Assembly: GCA_963744715.1 (NCBI GenBank)
Contig: CAVUUR010000009.1
Location: 1 to 64,000 of the forward strand
Source: an uncultured bacterium
GTDB lineage: Bacteria > Babelota > Babeliae > Babelales > JACPOV01
Direction: 5' to 3'
Length of the DNA stretch: 64,000 bases
Under the pieces are notes generated by a model, which saw only the letters and a program-made list of their open reading frames with translations, searched no databases and had not been told where the DNA came from. Shown here one piece after another: positions 31,758-41,031 of this stretch. Each line of letters begins with the position of its first letter. Positions within the stretch are counted from its first letter, which is position 1. Made by a program: the position numbers and the translations under genes.

Positions 31758-32586
31758 TCAAATCGGTTAATTCTCGCGTAATATTGGTTTGGCGTGTTTT
31801 ATTATATTCTAATTTCATGGCATCCAAAAGATTTGAGGCATTTTTAGTAGAATTATCCATGGCAATAAAGCGTGCTGCTTGTTCGGCAATTAATGAGGTT
31901 AAACAAGCTTCTTGAATAGTTGTTTGGATCGTTGAACGAATAAGAACCGTTATTATTTCCGATGGATTGTGTTCCCAGTGGTATTCTTCAACTTCTTGAT
32001 TATCTTGTTGCCCTATATCAATAAAAGGAATAACCGTAACAATTTGTGGTTTTTGTGCAAAAAATGTTTTTGGATAATTATAATAAAGATGAACTGAGCG
32101 ATACGGTTGCTTAGCGTTTATTATATGATCAGTTATTTTCTTTGCTATATTCATGATGGTATTAGTAGTAAACACTTGAAATTGAAGTACTACCGTGCCA
32201 TAGTGATGCTCAATTAAATCAACCGTTTTTTTGCCTATGGGAATAATATGCAACGATTGTTTATCAATATTTTTGGTGTGCTGCGCAAAGAGCGATAAAG
32301 CATTCATAGTAAAATTGCCGCAAAGGCCTTTTTGCGAACCAATAACAATGGCTAAGGCCGGGGCAGTATCGTCGGAAGGATAGGCGATAGGATTTTTTTC
32401 ATAAGGAGCTAGGGTCGTTATTTTCTTTAATAATTGAAGCATAGCATGCTGATATTCCTTAAGGGTAACACCGGAAGTTCGAAACTTATTATGTTTTGCC
32501 ATTGATATAAGGCGCATAGCATGCGTTACTTTTTTAATAGTTTCTATCGATTTTATACGTTGTCGCATTTGTACGAGTTCAGACAC
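31744..32586 (-). CDS. atpG: ATP synthase F1 gamma subunit
   Basis: RIKSI..IKKVTHAM, KGLCG.F, EQAARFIAM..ST.NA, YNKTRQ..IT.EL. Confidence 0.95.
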   Translation of the reverse strand: MSELVQMRQRIKSIETIKKVTHAMRLISMAKHNKFRTSGVTLKEYQHAMLQLLKKITTLAPYEKNPIAYPSDDTAPALAIVIGSQKGLCGNFTMNALSLFAQHTKNIDKQSLHIIPIGKKTVDLIEHHYGTVVLQFQVFTTNTIMNIAKKITDHIINAKQPYRSVHLYYNYPKTFFAQKPQIVTVIPFIDIGQQDNQEVEEYHWEHNPSEIITVLIRSTIQTTIQEACLTSLIAEQAARFIAMDNSTKNASNLLDAMKLEYNKTRQTNITRELTDLISGL

Positions 32587-32771
32587 GGCAATTCCTTTAT
32601 CACAAGTTTACAAAGTAACGAGTATAGTTAATCATACCTTATCTCAGTATAGCATTATTATAAAAATTAGATGATATTTTATTGTATAACGAATATTATG
32701 TTATTCTTTCTATACATTGTATTAGTATAATGACCAATAATGTATTTTTTTAACCTATTACTGCTTTCGCT

Positions 32772-33344
32772 ATGATATTAATTATTGATGGTTATAATTT
32801 GCTCAAGAATGTTTTAAAAACTGAGTTTATTACGCAATCTCAACGAGATGAGTATATCAACGTATTAAATGCGTACGCTCAAAAGAAAAAACATTCGGTG
32901 ATACTGGTATTTGATGGTGGCAATTATGATAGACCAATCAAAGAAAAAGCAGGTAATTGTACTATTGTTTACACCGGTCAGCATCAAAGTGCCGATGATT
33001 ATATTAAACAGTACGCTGCAACAGCAATTCCTAGCCAAAATATTGTGGTTTCATCAGATCGAGCATTAAAAAATTATGTGCATCGCTATGATATCATGAC
33101 GCTTGATGTTCCCGATTTCTACGCATTGCTGCAAGAGGCTTTGCAGAAGAAAGATGATCGAGCAACTCCCACAAAAATTGAAAAATTATCACAAGAAGAA
33201 AATGATGAGCTCGATAGGATAATGTTTGCATCAACTAAGGTAATGCTAAAAAAAGAGGATGAACAGGAAAAAAGTAGAGAAAGTCTAGGGCGCACGTTAA
33301 AGAAACATAAGAGAAAAATAGTACAAAAAATCAAAAAACTATAG
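32772..33344 (+). CDS. NYN-domain RNase (YacP/Rae1-like)
   Basis: IIDGYN, VFDG, SADDYI, VVSSD. Confidence 0.85.
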   Translation: MILIIDGYNLLKNVLKTEFITQSQRDEYINVLNAYAQKKKHSVILVFDGGNYDRPIKEKAGNCTIVYTGQHQSADDYIKQYAATAIPSQNIVVSSDRALKNYVHRYDIMTLDVPDFYALLQEALQKKDDRATPTKIEKLSQEENDELDRIMFASTKVMLKKEDEQEKSRESLGRTLKKHKRKIVQKIKKL

Positions 33345-33350
33345 AAAACT

Positions 33351-33800
33351 ATGCTAAAAAAAGAACTTATTTTTTCTAGACACGAAATTTCTGATGTTGT
33401 TGCATTATTGAGTAAAAAACTTTCAATCTGCAGTGTAATGACCTTTACAGGCCCCCTCGGTGCAGGAAAAACAACCCTGATTAGCCATTTATTAAAAGAA
33501 TGTGGTGTTAATGAGCCAATAACGAGCCCTACTTTTAACTATGTAAATGTATATGAAAATACAAAAGGTGAGCTTTTTTATCATTTTGATTTATATCGCG
33601 TTGCTTTTCTTGATCAATTTATTAACGCCGGCTTTAATGAATTTTTGTATGCCAAAAATAGTTGGGCTTTGATCGAATGGCCAGAGGTGATCATGCCACT
33701 GCTCACGCATGATGTCTGTTCAGTTACTATTGATTATGCCGAGCATGAAAAACGGCGTGTGCACATAGTATCGATGCCCAAAAAAGTAAGAAGTGGTTGA
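33351..33800 (+). CDS. tsaE: tRNA threonylcarbamoyladenosine biosynthesis ATPase TsaE
   Basis: GPLGAGKTT, TSPTF, HFDLYR, IEW. Confidence 0.95.
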   Translation: MLKKELIFSRHEISDVVALLSKKLSICSVMTFTGPLGAGKTTLISHLLKECGVNEPITSPTFNYVNVYENTKGELFYHFDLYRVAFLDQFINAGFNEFLYAKNSWALIEWPEVIMPLLTHDVCSVTIDYAEHEKRRVHIVSMPKKVRSG

Positions 33801-33823
33801 AAAGGGGATTTAGGAAATACAGA

Positions 33824-33846
33824 GAGCCCACTTTTTACATGGGCTC
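33824..33846. terminator. hairpin between convergent genes
   Basis: gagccca / tgggctc stem. Confidence 0.45.
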
Positions 33847-33864
33847 CCGCCAATATTTTAAATA

Positions 33865-34452
33865 TTATGAAATATATTTTCTTTTAGCGAAACGTTGTCG
33901 GTGAGTTATATATTCGAGTACTTCATCAATTGCATCTATCTTTTTTTGTATAGGTTTATTTTTATCGTCTATGCGGCTGCACAGGTCCTGAGCTTTGTTA
34001 GCCATTTGACCCAATAATGCTGCTACTCCAACCACACCTAATGCTCCACAGGTGATTGCAAGTTTATGACGATCAGCAATTACAAGTAATTCAGAGTCAA
34101 CAACACATGGGATTATTAGAGGTGCCACCATAAGTGCTCCCAAACCTATTTTTACTGTACTATCGAATAAAGTAAGCAAGAAAGGAAATGCTTTTTGTTT
34201 TTGTATGCATAATTCTTCTTTGCATAGATTAAGTTGTTCTTGAAGAGCTTTTATCTGGTCATTTGATCCATTATTAATATTTTCATTAATAAATGTTATA
34301 AGTTTGTTTCCGTCGTTCCAGTTCCAGTATGAGCGTTCATTAATATAATTTTTTATCATCGCTGGTAGATCAGGGGAAGAAATTGCTTGAGCAAAACAGG
34401 GCACTATGCCTAATAATGCGGTGGCAATAAGTTTGAATTGACGTATGTTCAT
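33865..34452 (-). CDS. hypothetical protein: signal peptide, coiled coil, two TM helices
   Basis: ORF with GGAG RBS; hydrophobic hairpin flanked by coiled-coil-like segments. Confidence 0.7.
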   Translation of the reverse strand: MNIRQFKLIATALLGIVPCFAQAISSPDLPAMIKNYINERSYWNWNDGNKLITFINENINNGSNDQIKALQEQLNLCKEELCIQKQKAFPFLLTLFDSTVKIGLGALMVAPLIIPCVVDSELLVIADRHKLAITCGALGVVGVAALLGQMANKAQDLCSRIDDKNKPIQKKIDAIDEVLEYITHRQRFAKRKYIS

Positions 34453-34588
34453 AAAAAACTCCATTTCATAGGTATATTTATCTGTTTAAGTATTTATAAT
34501 TATATATAAATTTAAATAATTGTCAAATTGAAGATAAATATACTGATTGAAGCTATTTTTATATGGAAAAAAATTAAAAAATATTCAG

Positions 34589-34616
34589 TTGACAATTAAT
34601 TTGGTTATGTTATTCT
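34589..34616 (+). promoter_or_regulatory. sigma70-type promoter
   Basis: TTGACA-16 nt-TATTCT with TG extension upstream of 34660. Confidence 0.5.
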
Positions 34617-34659
34617 ATAAAATGTTAGAAAAAAACCTTAAAATAGATGGAGTAAATCA

Positions 34660-35193
34660 ATGAAAAAGGTATTAATATTAGCATTGTCTTTATCGACAGG
34701 CCCATTGTTAGCTGGATGGCAAGATAACGTAAATACATGGTTCGCCAATAGTAAAGGTACTATTAGCTCTCTGCTATCTAAGTGTGCTAGTGGGTATACT
34801 AATCAGGTTAAACCGACTGCTCAAGGATTGTGGCAGCAGGCAGAACCCTATAAGTACTATATAGCAGGAGCTGGTGCGGCTCTTGGTATGGGGTATTTGG
34901 TATATAACAAATTTATAAGATCATTATCATTGTCAGAATGGGAAACGGATGAACTGAAAAGATTCCGTGACTTGTGCAACGCAAAACAAGAGGGCGTAAC
35001 AACACATACTCATGAAGCGGTAAACAGGTTCAATAGAGATGGAAACAGTATAGTAGTTAGGCTATTCTTTAATTCAGAAAATAATACTGTTATTAAGGAA
35101 GTTACTGCTGCTAATGGCGTGTCCTTAGAACATTTAAAAAGCACAATAGATGGCTTTGAAAATATAATCAATACGAAATGTGGAATACATTAA
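34660..35193 (+). CDS. secreted/membrane hypothetical protein, tandem paralog A
   Basis: Shares AGWQDNVNTWFANSKGT and KPTAQGLWQQAEPYKYYIAG with the next gene. Confidence 0.8.
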   Translation: MKKVLILALSLSTGPLLAGWQDNVNTWFANSKGTISSLLSKCASGYTNQVKPTAQGLWQQAEPYKYYIAGAGAALGMGYLVYNKFIRSLSLSEWETDELKRFRDLCNAKQEGVTTHTHEAVNRFNRDGNSIVVRLFFNSENNTVIKEVTAANGVSLEHLKSTIDGFENIINTKCGIH

Positions 35194-35705
35194 TGAAAAA
35201 AATGTTAACATTAGCACTATCGTTGGCGACAGTTTCAGTATCGTTAGCTGGATGGCAGGATAACGTAAATACATGGTTCGCCAATAGTAAAGGTACCGTT
35301 AGCTCTCTGCTAGCTAAATGTGCCAATAGTTTAGGTAGTTACAATGATCAGATTAAACCCACTGCGCAAGGATTGTGGCAACAGGCAGAACCATATAAAT
35401 ATTACATAGCAGGAGCTGCTGTGCTTGGTATTGGGTACTTCATGTATAAAAGCTGTTTTATATCACTGGCAGAATGGCAAGACGCTGAAGTTAAAAAATT
35501 CCGTGACTTGTACGAGAAGTGTAAAAATGGCACAGTGAAATATCTAGATTATGTGCATGAAGGTGAAAAGGTAAAGAGTTTCAGTAGGGATGGTCGTACC
35601 ATAGTGGCTACGCTGTCTTTTAACGTATCAAATAATTTTTTTACTAGAAAAATCGTCGATGTTAAATCTGGGAAAGTTTTAAGCGATGAGAAGATAAATT
35701 TATAA
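35193..35705 (+). CDS. secreted/membrane hypothetical protein, tandem paralog B
   Basis: TAATG coupling to paralog A; near-identical N-terminal half. Confidence 0.8.
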   Translation: MKKMLTLALSLATVSVSLAGWQDNVNTWFANSKGTVSSLLAKCANSLGSYNDQIKPTAQGLWQQAEPYKYYIAGAAVLGIGYFMYKSCFISLAEWQDAEVKKFRDLYEKCKNGTVKYLDYVHEGEKVKSFSRDGRTIVATLSFNVSNNFFTRKIVDVKSGKVLSDEKINL

Positions 35706-35728
35706 ATAGATTCTTCAATAAATAAGAG

Positions 35729-35755
35729 AAGGAGGGGGGAATACCCTCCTTTTTT
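35729..35755 (+). terminator. intrinsic terminator
   Basis: aaggaggg / ccctcctt stem plus T-run. Confidence 0.75.
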
Positions 35756-35851
35756 GTGTTCTTTTTTTGCATAGTTTTTACTATTGGCGAGGCTATTGCG
35801 TAAAAGAAATTGTTGAACTGACTGCATGCAATGTAAGATGCATGAATCGTG

Positions 35852-36310
35852 CTATTGAGATTTTTTTTCAAGCATGGTGATTTGTCGGTTAATCGGTTCT
35901 AATTGTTTTTTGGTGGCGTCTCTAATATTTTTTTGAATTTCGCGTAACCTTTTTTCAAGCATTGGCAATGTTATGTGATCTTTGGTCATTGCATTATTTT
36001 TAATAGTTTCTATTTGTTGCTGTACTATTTCAATACTCTGCTTATTGCCTACAGGATCTTTAAGTAGTTCACGTAATTGTTGTTGGAGGGGTATTAGTTG
36101 AGGTCTTATTGATTCTAATAGTTGTAGTATAATGGTTTGAAGTTCTTTTAATCCGTATTCTTTTTTCATAGTTTCAATAATTGACTGTTTTTGTTCATAT
36201 AATTTTTGCAAAGGTTTTTCTGGTGATACATTTTGTTGTAGCGTTTGTGCGGAATGCATAATGGATGGTGCAATGAATAACAATAGCCACGTACTGAATA
36301 CTTTTTTCAT
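35852..36310 (-). CDS. secreted coiled-coil hypothetical protein
   Basis: Signal peptide ending MHS; Q/K/E-rich helical sequence. Confidence 0.7.
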   Translation of the reverse strand: MKKVFSTWLLLFIAPSIMHSAQTLQQNVSPEKPLQKLYEQKQSIIETMKKEYGLKELQTIILQLLESIRPQLIPLQQQLRELLKDPVGNKQSIEIVQQQIETIKNNAMTKDHITLPMLEKRLREIQKNIRDATKKQLEPINRQITMLEKKSQ

Positions 36311-36485
36311 AGCTATTTCCTTTTTTTGTTAGCTTCATAATTATCTTTTATGATTATTGTGCCAACATTGTAGCTCAAAAGTCAATTATTGACAAAAAGA
36401 TAATAAATTTTCAAGAGGGGCACTCAATTAATGGTGTCGGTGATGGTGCAATAATTAGTTAAAAATGAGCAACGTTACTATTACC

Positions 36486-36944
36486 TTATTTTTTGCCAGG
36501 ATTTATATACTTTAAAGCAAATTCATAATTATCTTTATCGTAAAAAGTTCCCGTTGAAAGATCTACGGCGCCACCTATATAACTGGTACCAAATTTAGTT
36601 GCTATTATTTTTAAGTTTCCGCCGATTGGCATTGTTCCTGTAACGATAGGTTGTGATGTATTCCATGCTGGATGATTGTTGAGAATAGGATACGCCCAAA
36701 ACATAACTCTATCTATGCCATATTTATTACGAATTTCATTCGCGTCCCATTCGCCTTTTTCGCCTGGTTGCAATTGATAACTGGTTATATTATACCAGTT
36801 ATTAGCGACAGCCTTACCTTCTTTAGTAATGCCAATTAGTAGTGGTACAGTACCGGTGTTTTTAACGACATATGCATTCACATGCAATTGCTGCAATAAG
36901 CACACTAAAAGAATGGTAATTAACCTATTTGCTAGTTTTATCAT
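36486..36944 (-). CDS. secreted hypothetical protein, triplet paralog 3
   Basis: Shared AY.(V/I)KN.G..PLL and YIGGAVDLSTGTFYDK motifs. Confidence 0.8.
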   Translation of the reverse strand: MIKLANRLITILLVCLLQQLHVNAYVVKNTGTVPLLIGITKEGKAVANNWYNITSYQLQPGEKGEWDANEIRNKYGIDRVMFWAYPILNNHPAWNTSQPIVTGTMPIGGNLKIIATKFGTSYIGGAVDLSTGTFYDKDNYEFALKYINPGKK

Positions 36945-37099
36945 TTAAAACCCCTTTGTTTTAAGTTTTTTATCATAAAGCAATAGAAACTTAGATATCT
37001 ATCCTTTCTAATAGTAACAAAAATGAGTTTTTAATTGCAATATTTATAGAGATAATTTATTTTGAATAATCCAAATTTTGAATAACGATTATTGGTAGG

Positions 37100-37561
37100 T
37101 TATTTTTTACCCTCGGTGCTTTTAATATGCGTTAAAGCGCGTTCATAATTTGGCTTATCGTAAAAAGTTCCTGTTGAAAGATCCACGGCGCCGCCAATGT
37201 AGTGTTCACCAGATTTAGTTGCGGTTATTTTTAAGTTTGCATTGACGGGTATTAATCCATTAAAAATCAGGGGATAATCCCATCGACTTCTTATATTTTT
37301 AAGAATAGGAGATACCCAAAACGCTATTTTTTGTTTGTTGTATTTTTTTCGAAATTCATTTTCATTCCATGCCGCTTCCTGACCGGGTTGCAATTCATAA
37401 TAAGCTACACTATACCATGCGTTAGGACGAGCTTCTAAAGCTAATGTTATGGAAACTAATAGTGGTATATTACCGGCGTTTTTAACAGTATATGCATTCA
37501 TATTGAGTTGCTGGAATAAGCATAGTACTAAAAGTATAAAAATTACTTTGTTTGTTAGCAT
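37100..37561 (-). CDS. secreted hypothetical protein, triplet paralog 2
   Basis: Same shared motifs. Confidence 0.8.
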   Translation of the reverse strand: MLTNKVIFILLVLCLFQQLNMNAYTVKNAGNIPLLVSITLALEARPNAWYSVAYYELQPGQEAAWNENEFRKKYNKQKIAFWVSPILKNIRSRWDYPLIFNGLIPVNANLKITATKSGEHYIGGAVDLSTGTFYDKPNYERALTHIKSTEGKK

Positions 37562-37592
37562 AAAAAGATCCTTTTTACAGTGTATTAAAGAA

Positions 37593-38060
37593 TTATTTTT
37601 TGCCTTCGGTACTTTTAAGGTGCGTTAAAGCGCGTTCATAATCTGTTTTGTCATAAAAGGTTCCTGTTGAAAGATCTACAGCGCCGCCTATATACTGTTC
37701 ACCAGATTTAGTTGCGGTTATTTTTAAGTTTCCGCTGATGGGCATTGTTCCTGTAACAATAGGCTGTACTTGATTCCATCGTGGATGATTGTTGATGATA
37801 GGAAATATCCAGAACGTTATCTTTTCTATGCCGTAGTTATTGCGAATTTCATTCTGATCTAATTCCGCTTTTTGCCCAGATTTTAATTGATAGGAAGCTA
37901 TATTCGTTGCATTACTAACACGATCTTGGGGGCCTTTAGTTATGCCAATTAATAGTGGTATACTGCCCGTATTTTTAATAGTATATGCATGTATGTGCAA
38001 TGGTTGAAATAAAGCGATTATGAAAAGCATGAAGACTAATTTATTTACTAGCATTGGCAT
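37593..38060 (-). CDS. secreted hypothetical protein, triplet paralog 1
   Basis: Same shared motifs. Confidence 0.8.
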   Translation of the reverse strand: MPMLVNKLVFMLFIIALFQPLHIHAYTIKNTGSIPLLIGITKGPQDRVSNATNIASYQLKSGQKAELDQNEIRNNYGIEKITFWIFPIINNHPRWNQVQPIVTGTMPISGNLKITATKSGEQYIGGAVDLSTGTFYDKTDYERALTHLKSTEGKK

Positions 38061-38385
38061 AAAAATCCTTTTTTGTTTTTTTACTATTCAAAAGCAGAAA
38101 AATTTATGATAGTTTCCCTATAATAATAGCAAATAATATATTCAAATATCAATATTTATGGAATTATTTATAGCGATTTTTGTATAAGTTAACGTATGAT
38201 ACCTTAGTATTTTTTAAAAAAATCTAATACAGCGGGTTTTTTTATTATTTTTTATAAAAAAAGCAATAATAGTTGAAATTGATACAAAAGCTAAAGAAAT
38301 AGTTGAAATCCTAGAAGAAAAACAATATTATATTCTAATCATTGTGCTTAAAACCATAATGAAATGTAGTGAAATACATTAGTGT

Positions 38386-38471
38386 GGCGAGATTCCCGAG
38401 CGGTCAAAGGGGACGGACTGTAAATCCGTTGGCTTATGTCTTCGCAGGTTCGAATCCTGCTCTCGCCACCA
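38386..38471 (+). tRNA. tRNA-Tyr(GTA)
   Basis: Cloverleaf, anticodon loop CTGTAAA, long variable arm, GTTCGAA, CCA end. Confidence 0.95.
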
Positions 38472-38475
38472 AGAA

Positions 38476-38551
38476 GCGGGAATAGCTCAATTGGTAGAGC
38501 GACAGCCTTCCAAGCTGTAGGTTGCGGGTTCGAGCCCCGTTTCCCGCTCCA
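38476..38551 (+). tRNA. tRNA-Gly(TCC)
   Basis: GCGGGAA acceptor stem, loop CTTCCAA, CCA end. Confidence 0.95.
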
Positions 38552-38563
38552 TAAAAAATGTGT

Positions 38564-38639
38564 GCTGGCGTAGCTCAGTAGGTAGAGCAGCTGATTTGTA
38601 ATCAGCAGGTCGCTGGTTCGAATCCAGTCGCCAGCTCCA
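38564..38639 (+). tRNA. tRNA-Thr(TGT)
   Basis: GCTGGCG acceptor stem, loop TTTGTAA, CCA end. Confidence 0.95.
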
Positions 38640-38717
38640 ATTAAGTGATTAATATATAAAAACAAGTTGTTTTTTTAATTTTTTTTATTTAATCTATTAG
38701 GTATGTTTGTGAAATTT

Positions 38718-38792
38718 GCCCACGTAGCTCAGTGGCAGAGCACTTCCTTGGTAAGGAAGAGGTCACCGGTTCAACCCCGGTCGCGGGCTCCA
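38718..38792 (+). tRNA. tRNA-Thr(GGT)
   Basis: Loop TTGGTAA, CCA end; one A-C mismatch in the acceptor stem. Confidence 0.93.
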
Positions 38793-38818
38793 AAAATAAA
38801 ATTAAGTAAGAGAATTAT

Positions 38819-38980
38819 ATGGCAAAGAAAAAGAGAGTCATTACCGCCCTTGCATGCGAAACGTGTAAAGAGCGTAATTACTCTCAGATTGTTTCTGGAC
38901 AGCGTACAGTAGGTTCCTTGAGATTGAGTAAATATTGCTCTCATTGTCGCAAGCATACTGATCATAAAGAGACTAAATAA
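38819..38980 (+). CDS. rpmG: 50S ribosomal protein L33 (Zn-binding type; not in ORF track)
   Basis: Manual translation MAKKKRVITALACETCKERNYSQIVSGQRTVGSLRLSKYCSHCRKHTDHKETK. Confidence 0.95.
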   Translation: MAKKKRVITALACETCKERNYSQIVSGQRTVGSLRLSKYCSHCRKHTDHKETK

Positions 38981-38987
38981 AGTTTGG

Positions 38988-39064
38988 AGGCCAGTAGCTC
39001 GAATTGGTAGAGCGGCAGACTCCAAATCTGCGGGTTGGGGGTTCGAGTCCCTCCTGGCCTGCCA
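38988..39064 (+). tRNA. tRNA-Trp(CCA)
   Basis: AGGCCAG acceptor stem, loop CTCCAAA, CCA end; canonical position before secE. Confidence 0.95.
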
Positions 39065-39125
39065 CCTGTTAGCTAAAGAAATAGTAGCTTGTTAGATATT
39101 TTAATCCAATAAGTTTTGGTGCCCG

Positions 39126-39305
39126 ATGAAAGATGTAAGTCGATTTTTATATGAAGTTCAGCTTGAGCTTTCAAAAATTATATGGCCTAGTTTTAATGAA
39201 TTAGTAGGCTTAGTTGTTATAGTGATGATTCTTGTTTGTATTTTTTCGGCTTATATAGGTTTTATAGACGTTGTTTTTTATAAAATTGCCGGACAAATTT
39301 TTTAA
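39126..39305 (+). CDS. secE: preprotein translocase subunit SecE (not in ORF track)
   Basis: Manual translation MKDVSRFLYEVQLELSKIIWPSFNELVGLVVIVMILVCIFSAYIGFIDVVFYKIAGQIF. Confidence 0.93.
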   Translation: MKDVSRFLYEVQLELSKIIWPSFNELVGLVVIVMILVCIFSAYIGFIDVVFYKIAGQIF

Positions 39306-39320
39306 TGCAGCGGAAATTAC

Positions 39321-39848
39321 ATGAAACGTTGGTATGTTGTTCAGGTATATGCGGGATACGAAGAAGCGATAAAAAATGATATTTTGAAGCGCATTAAAGA
39401 TGCTGGTTTTGAGCATTACTTTGGTGATGTTTTAATTCCATCTACTAAGTTAAAAACAATGTTTGCCGCTGTTGATGCTAACGGTAAAAATGAGCAACAG
39501 TTGTTTCCTGGTTATTTGTTAATTGAAATGGAATTAATTCCTGAAGCTATTCGATTGGTTCAGTCAACGCCAAAAGTAACGCGTTTCCTAGGGGGTAAAG
39601 ATCCTATGCCGTTATCGCAGAAAGAAATAGATAGAGTTCTTTCTCAAATGAAGGGCGAGGTTGCTTTAGCTACTAAGAAAAGTGAGTTTGTTGTTGGCAG
39701 TGAAGTTGATATTAGTGAAGGGCCGTTTGCGGGATTTGTTGGTGTTATTGATAAAATTGACGAGAACAATGAACGTTTAACGGTTATGGTAAGTATTTTT
39801 GGTAGAATGACCCCTATAGAATTGGGTTTTGATCAAGTAAAACGATAA
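39321..39848 (+). CDS. nusG: transcription termination/antitermination factor NusG
   Basis: WYVVQV..GYE, FPGY, GPFAGF, VSIFGR.TP. Confidence 0.97.
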   Translation: MKRWYVVQVYAGYEEAIKNDILKRIKDAGFEHYFGDVLIPSTKLKTMFAAVDANGKNEQQLFPGYLLIEMELIPEAIRLVQSTPKVTRFLGGKDPMPLSQKEIDRVLSQMKGEVALATKKSEFVVGSEVDISEGPFAGFVGVIDKIDENNERLTVMVSIFGRMTPIELGFDQVKR

Positions 39849-39865
39849 AGAATGGGTTGTTATTT

Positions 39866-40294
39866 ATGGCAAAAGAAATTAAAGCGCAAGTAAAATTACT
39901 CATTGATGCAGGTGCGGCAACGCCAGCTCCTCCTGTTGGTTCAGCTCTTGGTCAACAAGGTGTTGCTATTATGGAGTTCTGCAAAAAATTTAATGAAAAA
40001 ACTTCTGGACAAAAGGGGCAAGGAAAGCTTCCTGTTATTGTTACTATCTATAAAGATAAAACATTTGATTTTGTTGTTAAAACTCCTCCAACGTCAGATT
40101 TGATTAAAAAGAAGCTTGGTATTGCTAAGGGTTCTTCAAAGCCGAACCTTGATAAGGTTGGTAAATTATCATCGAAGGATCTTGAAGAAATAGCCGCTAT
40201 TAAGATGCCAGATCTTAATGCTCTCGATATGGAGCAAGCAAAAAAAATTGTAGCGGGTTCTGCTCGTAGTATGGGAATTGATATTGGTGATTAA
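39866..40294 (+). CDS. rplK: 50S ribosomal protein L11
   Basis: AGAATPAPPVGSALGQQG, KTPP. Confidence 0.98.
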   Translation: MAKEIKAQVKLLIDAGAATPAPPVGSALGQQGVAIMEFCKKFNEKTSGQKGQGKLPVIVTIYKDKTFDFVVKTPPTSDLIKKKLGIAKGSSKPNLDKVGKLSSKDLEEIAAIKMPDLNALDMEQAKKIVAGSARSMGIDIGD

Positions 40295-40314
40295 GAGTTG
40301 TAGGGATTTCTGAC

Positions 40315-41013
40315 ATGGCAACGCATGGTAAAAAATATATAAACGTGAGTGAAAAAATAGATAGAACTGCGCTCTTTCCGTTTAAGGAAGCATTAGCTAA
40401 AGTTAAAGAATTAGCGTATGCTAAATTTGATGAATCTGTTGATTTTCACATTAATTTAGGCATTGATCCTGCTAATGGGGATCAGGCGGTTAGAGGTTCT
40501 GTTGTTTTACCTCATGGAACAGGAAAAAAAGTTCGCATTGTAGTATTTGCAAAAGGCGAATACATTGATGAGGCTAAAGACGCAGGTGCTGATTACGTAG
40601 GCCTGGAAGATCTCATTGAAAAAATTGAAGGTGGATGGCTTGATTTCGATTTTGCAATTGCTACCCCGGATTTGATGGGAATGGTTGGAAAATTGGCTAA
40701 AATATTGGGTCCTCGAGGATTATTGCCTAATAAAAAAGTTGGTACTGTTACCTTTGATATTGGTGAAACGGTAGCTGATTTAAAAAAGGGTCGCCTTTTC
40801 TTTAAAAATGACAAGAGTGGGCTCGTTCACTTTTCAGTAGGCAGAGTGTCGTATGATGTTCAGAAATTATATGACAATGTTATTGTATTTATAAAAGCAT
40901 TAGCTGGGGTTAAGCCTGCCGCTGCAAAAGGTAAATTTATTCAAAGAATTACCGTCGCTTCTACCATGGGTGTTGGTATTCATATTAACCCAGATGATAT
41001 AGTAAATTTATAG
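40315..41013 (+). CDS. rplA: 50S ribosomal protein L1
   Basis: KFDESV, LPHGTGK, LGPRGLLP. Confidence 0.98.
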   Translation: MATHGKKYINVSEKIDRTALFPFKEALAKVKELAYAKFDESVDFHINLGIDPANGDQAVRGSVVLPHGTGKKVRIVVFAKGEYIDEAKDAGADYVGLEDLIEKIEGGWLDFDFAIATPDLMGMVGKLAKILGPRGLLPNKKVGTVTFDIGETVADLKKGRLFFKNDKSGLVHFSVGRVSYDVQKLYDNVIVFIKALAGVKPAAAKGKFIQRITVASTMGVGIHINPDDIVNL

Positions 41014-41031
41014 TGATAAAAGGTAAAATCG

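Noticed and set aside
38718..38792. A-C mismatch in the tRNA-Thr(GGT) acceptor stem as evidence of editing
   Set aside because: A single mismatch is tolerated and could be a base-call error.
38348..39416. ORFs 38348..38665, 38703..38912, 38771..39025 and 39210..39416
   Set aside because: Shadow ORFs over tRNAs, rpmG, secE and nusG.
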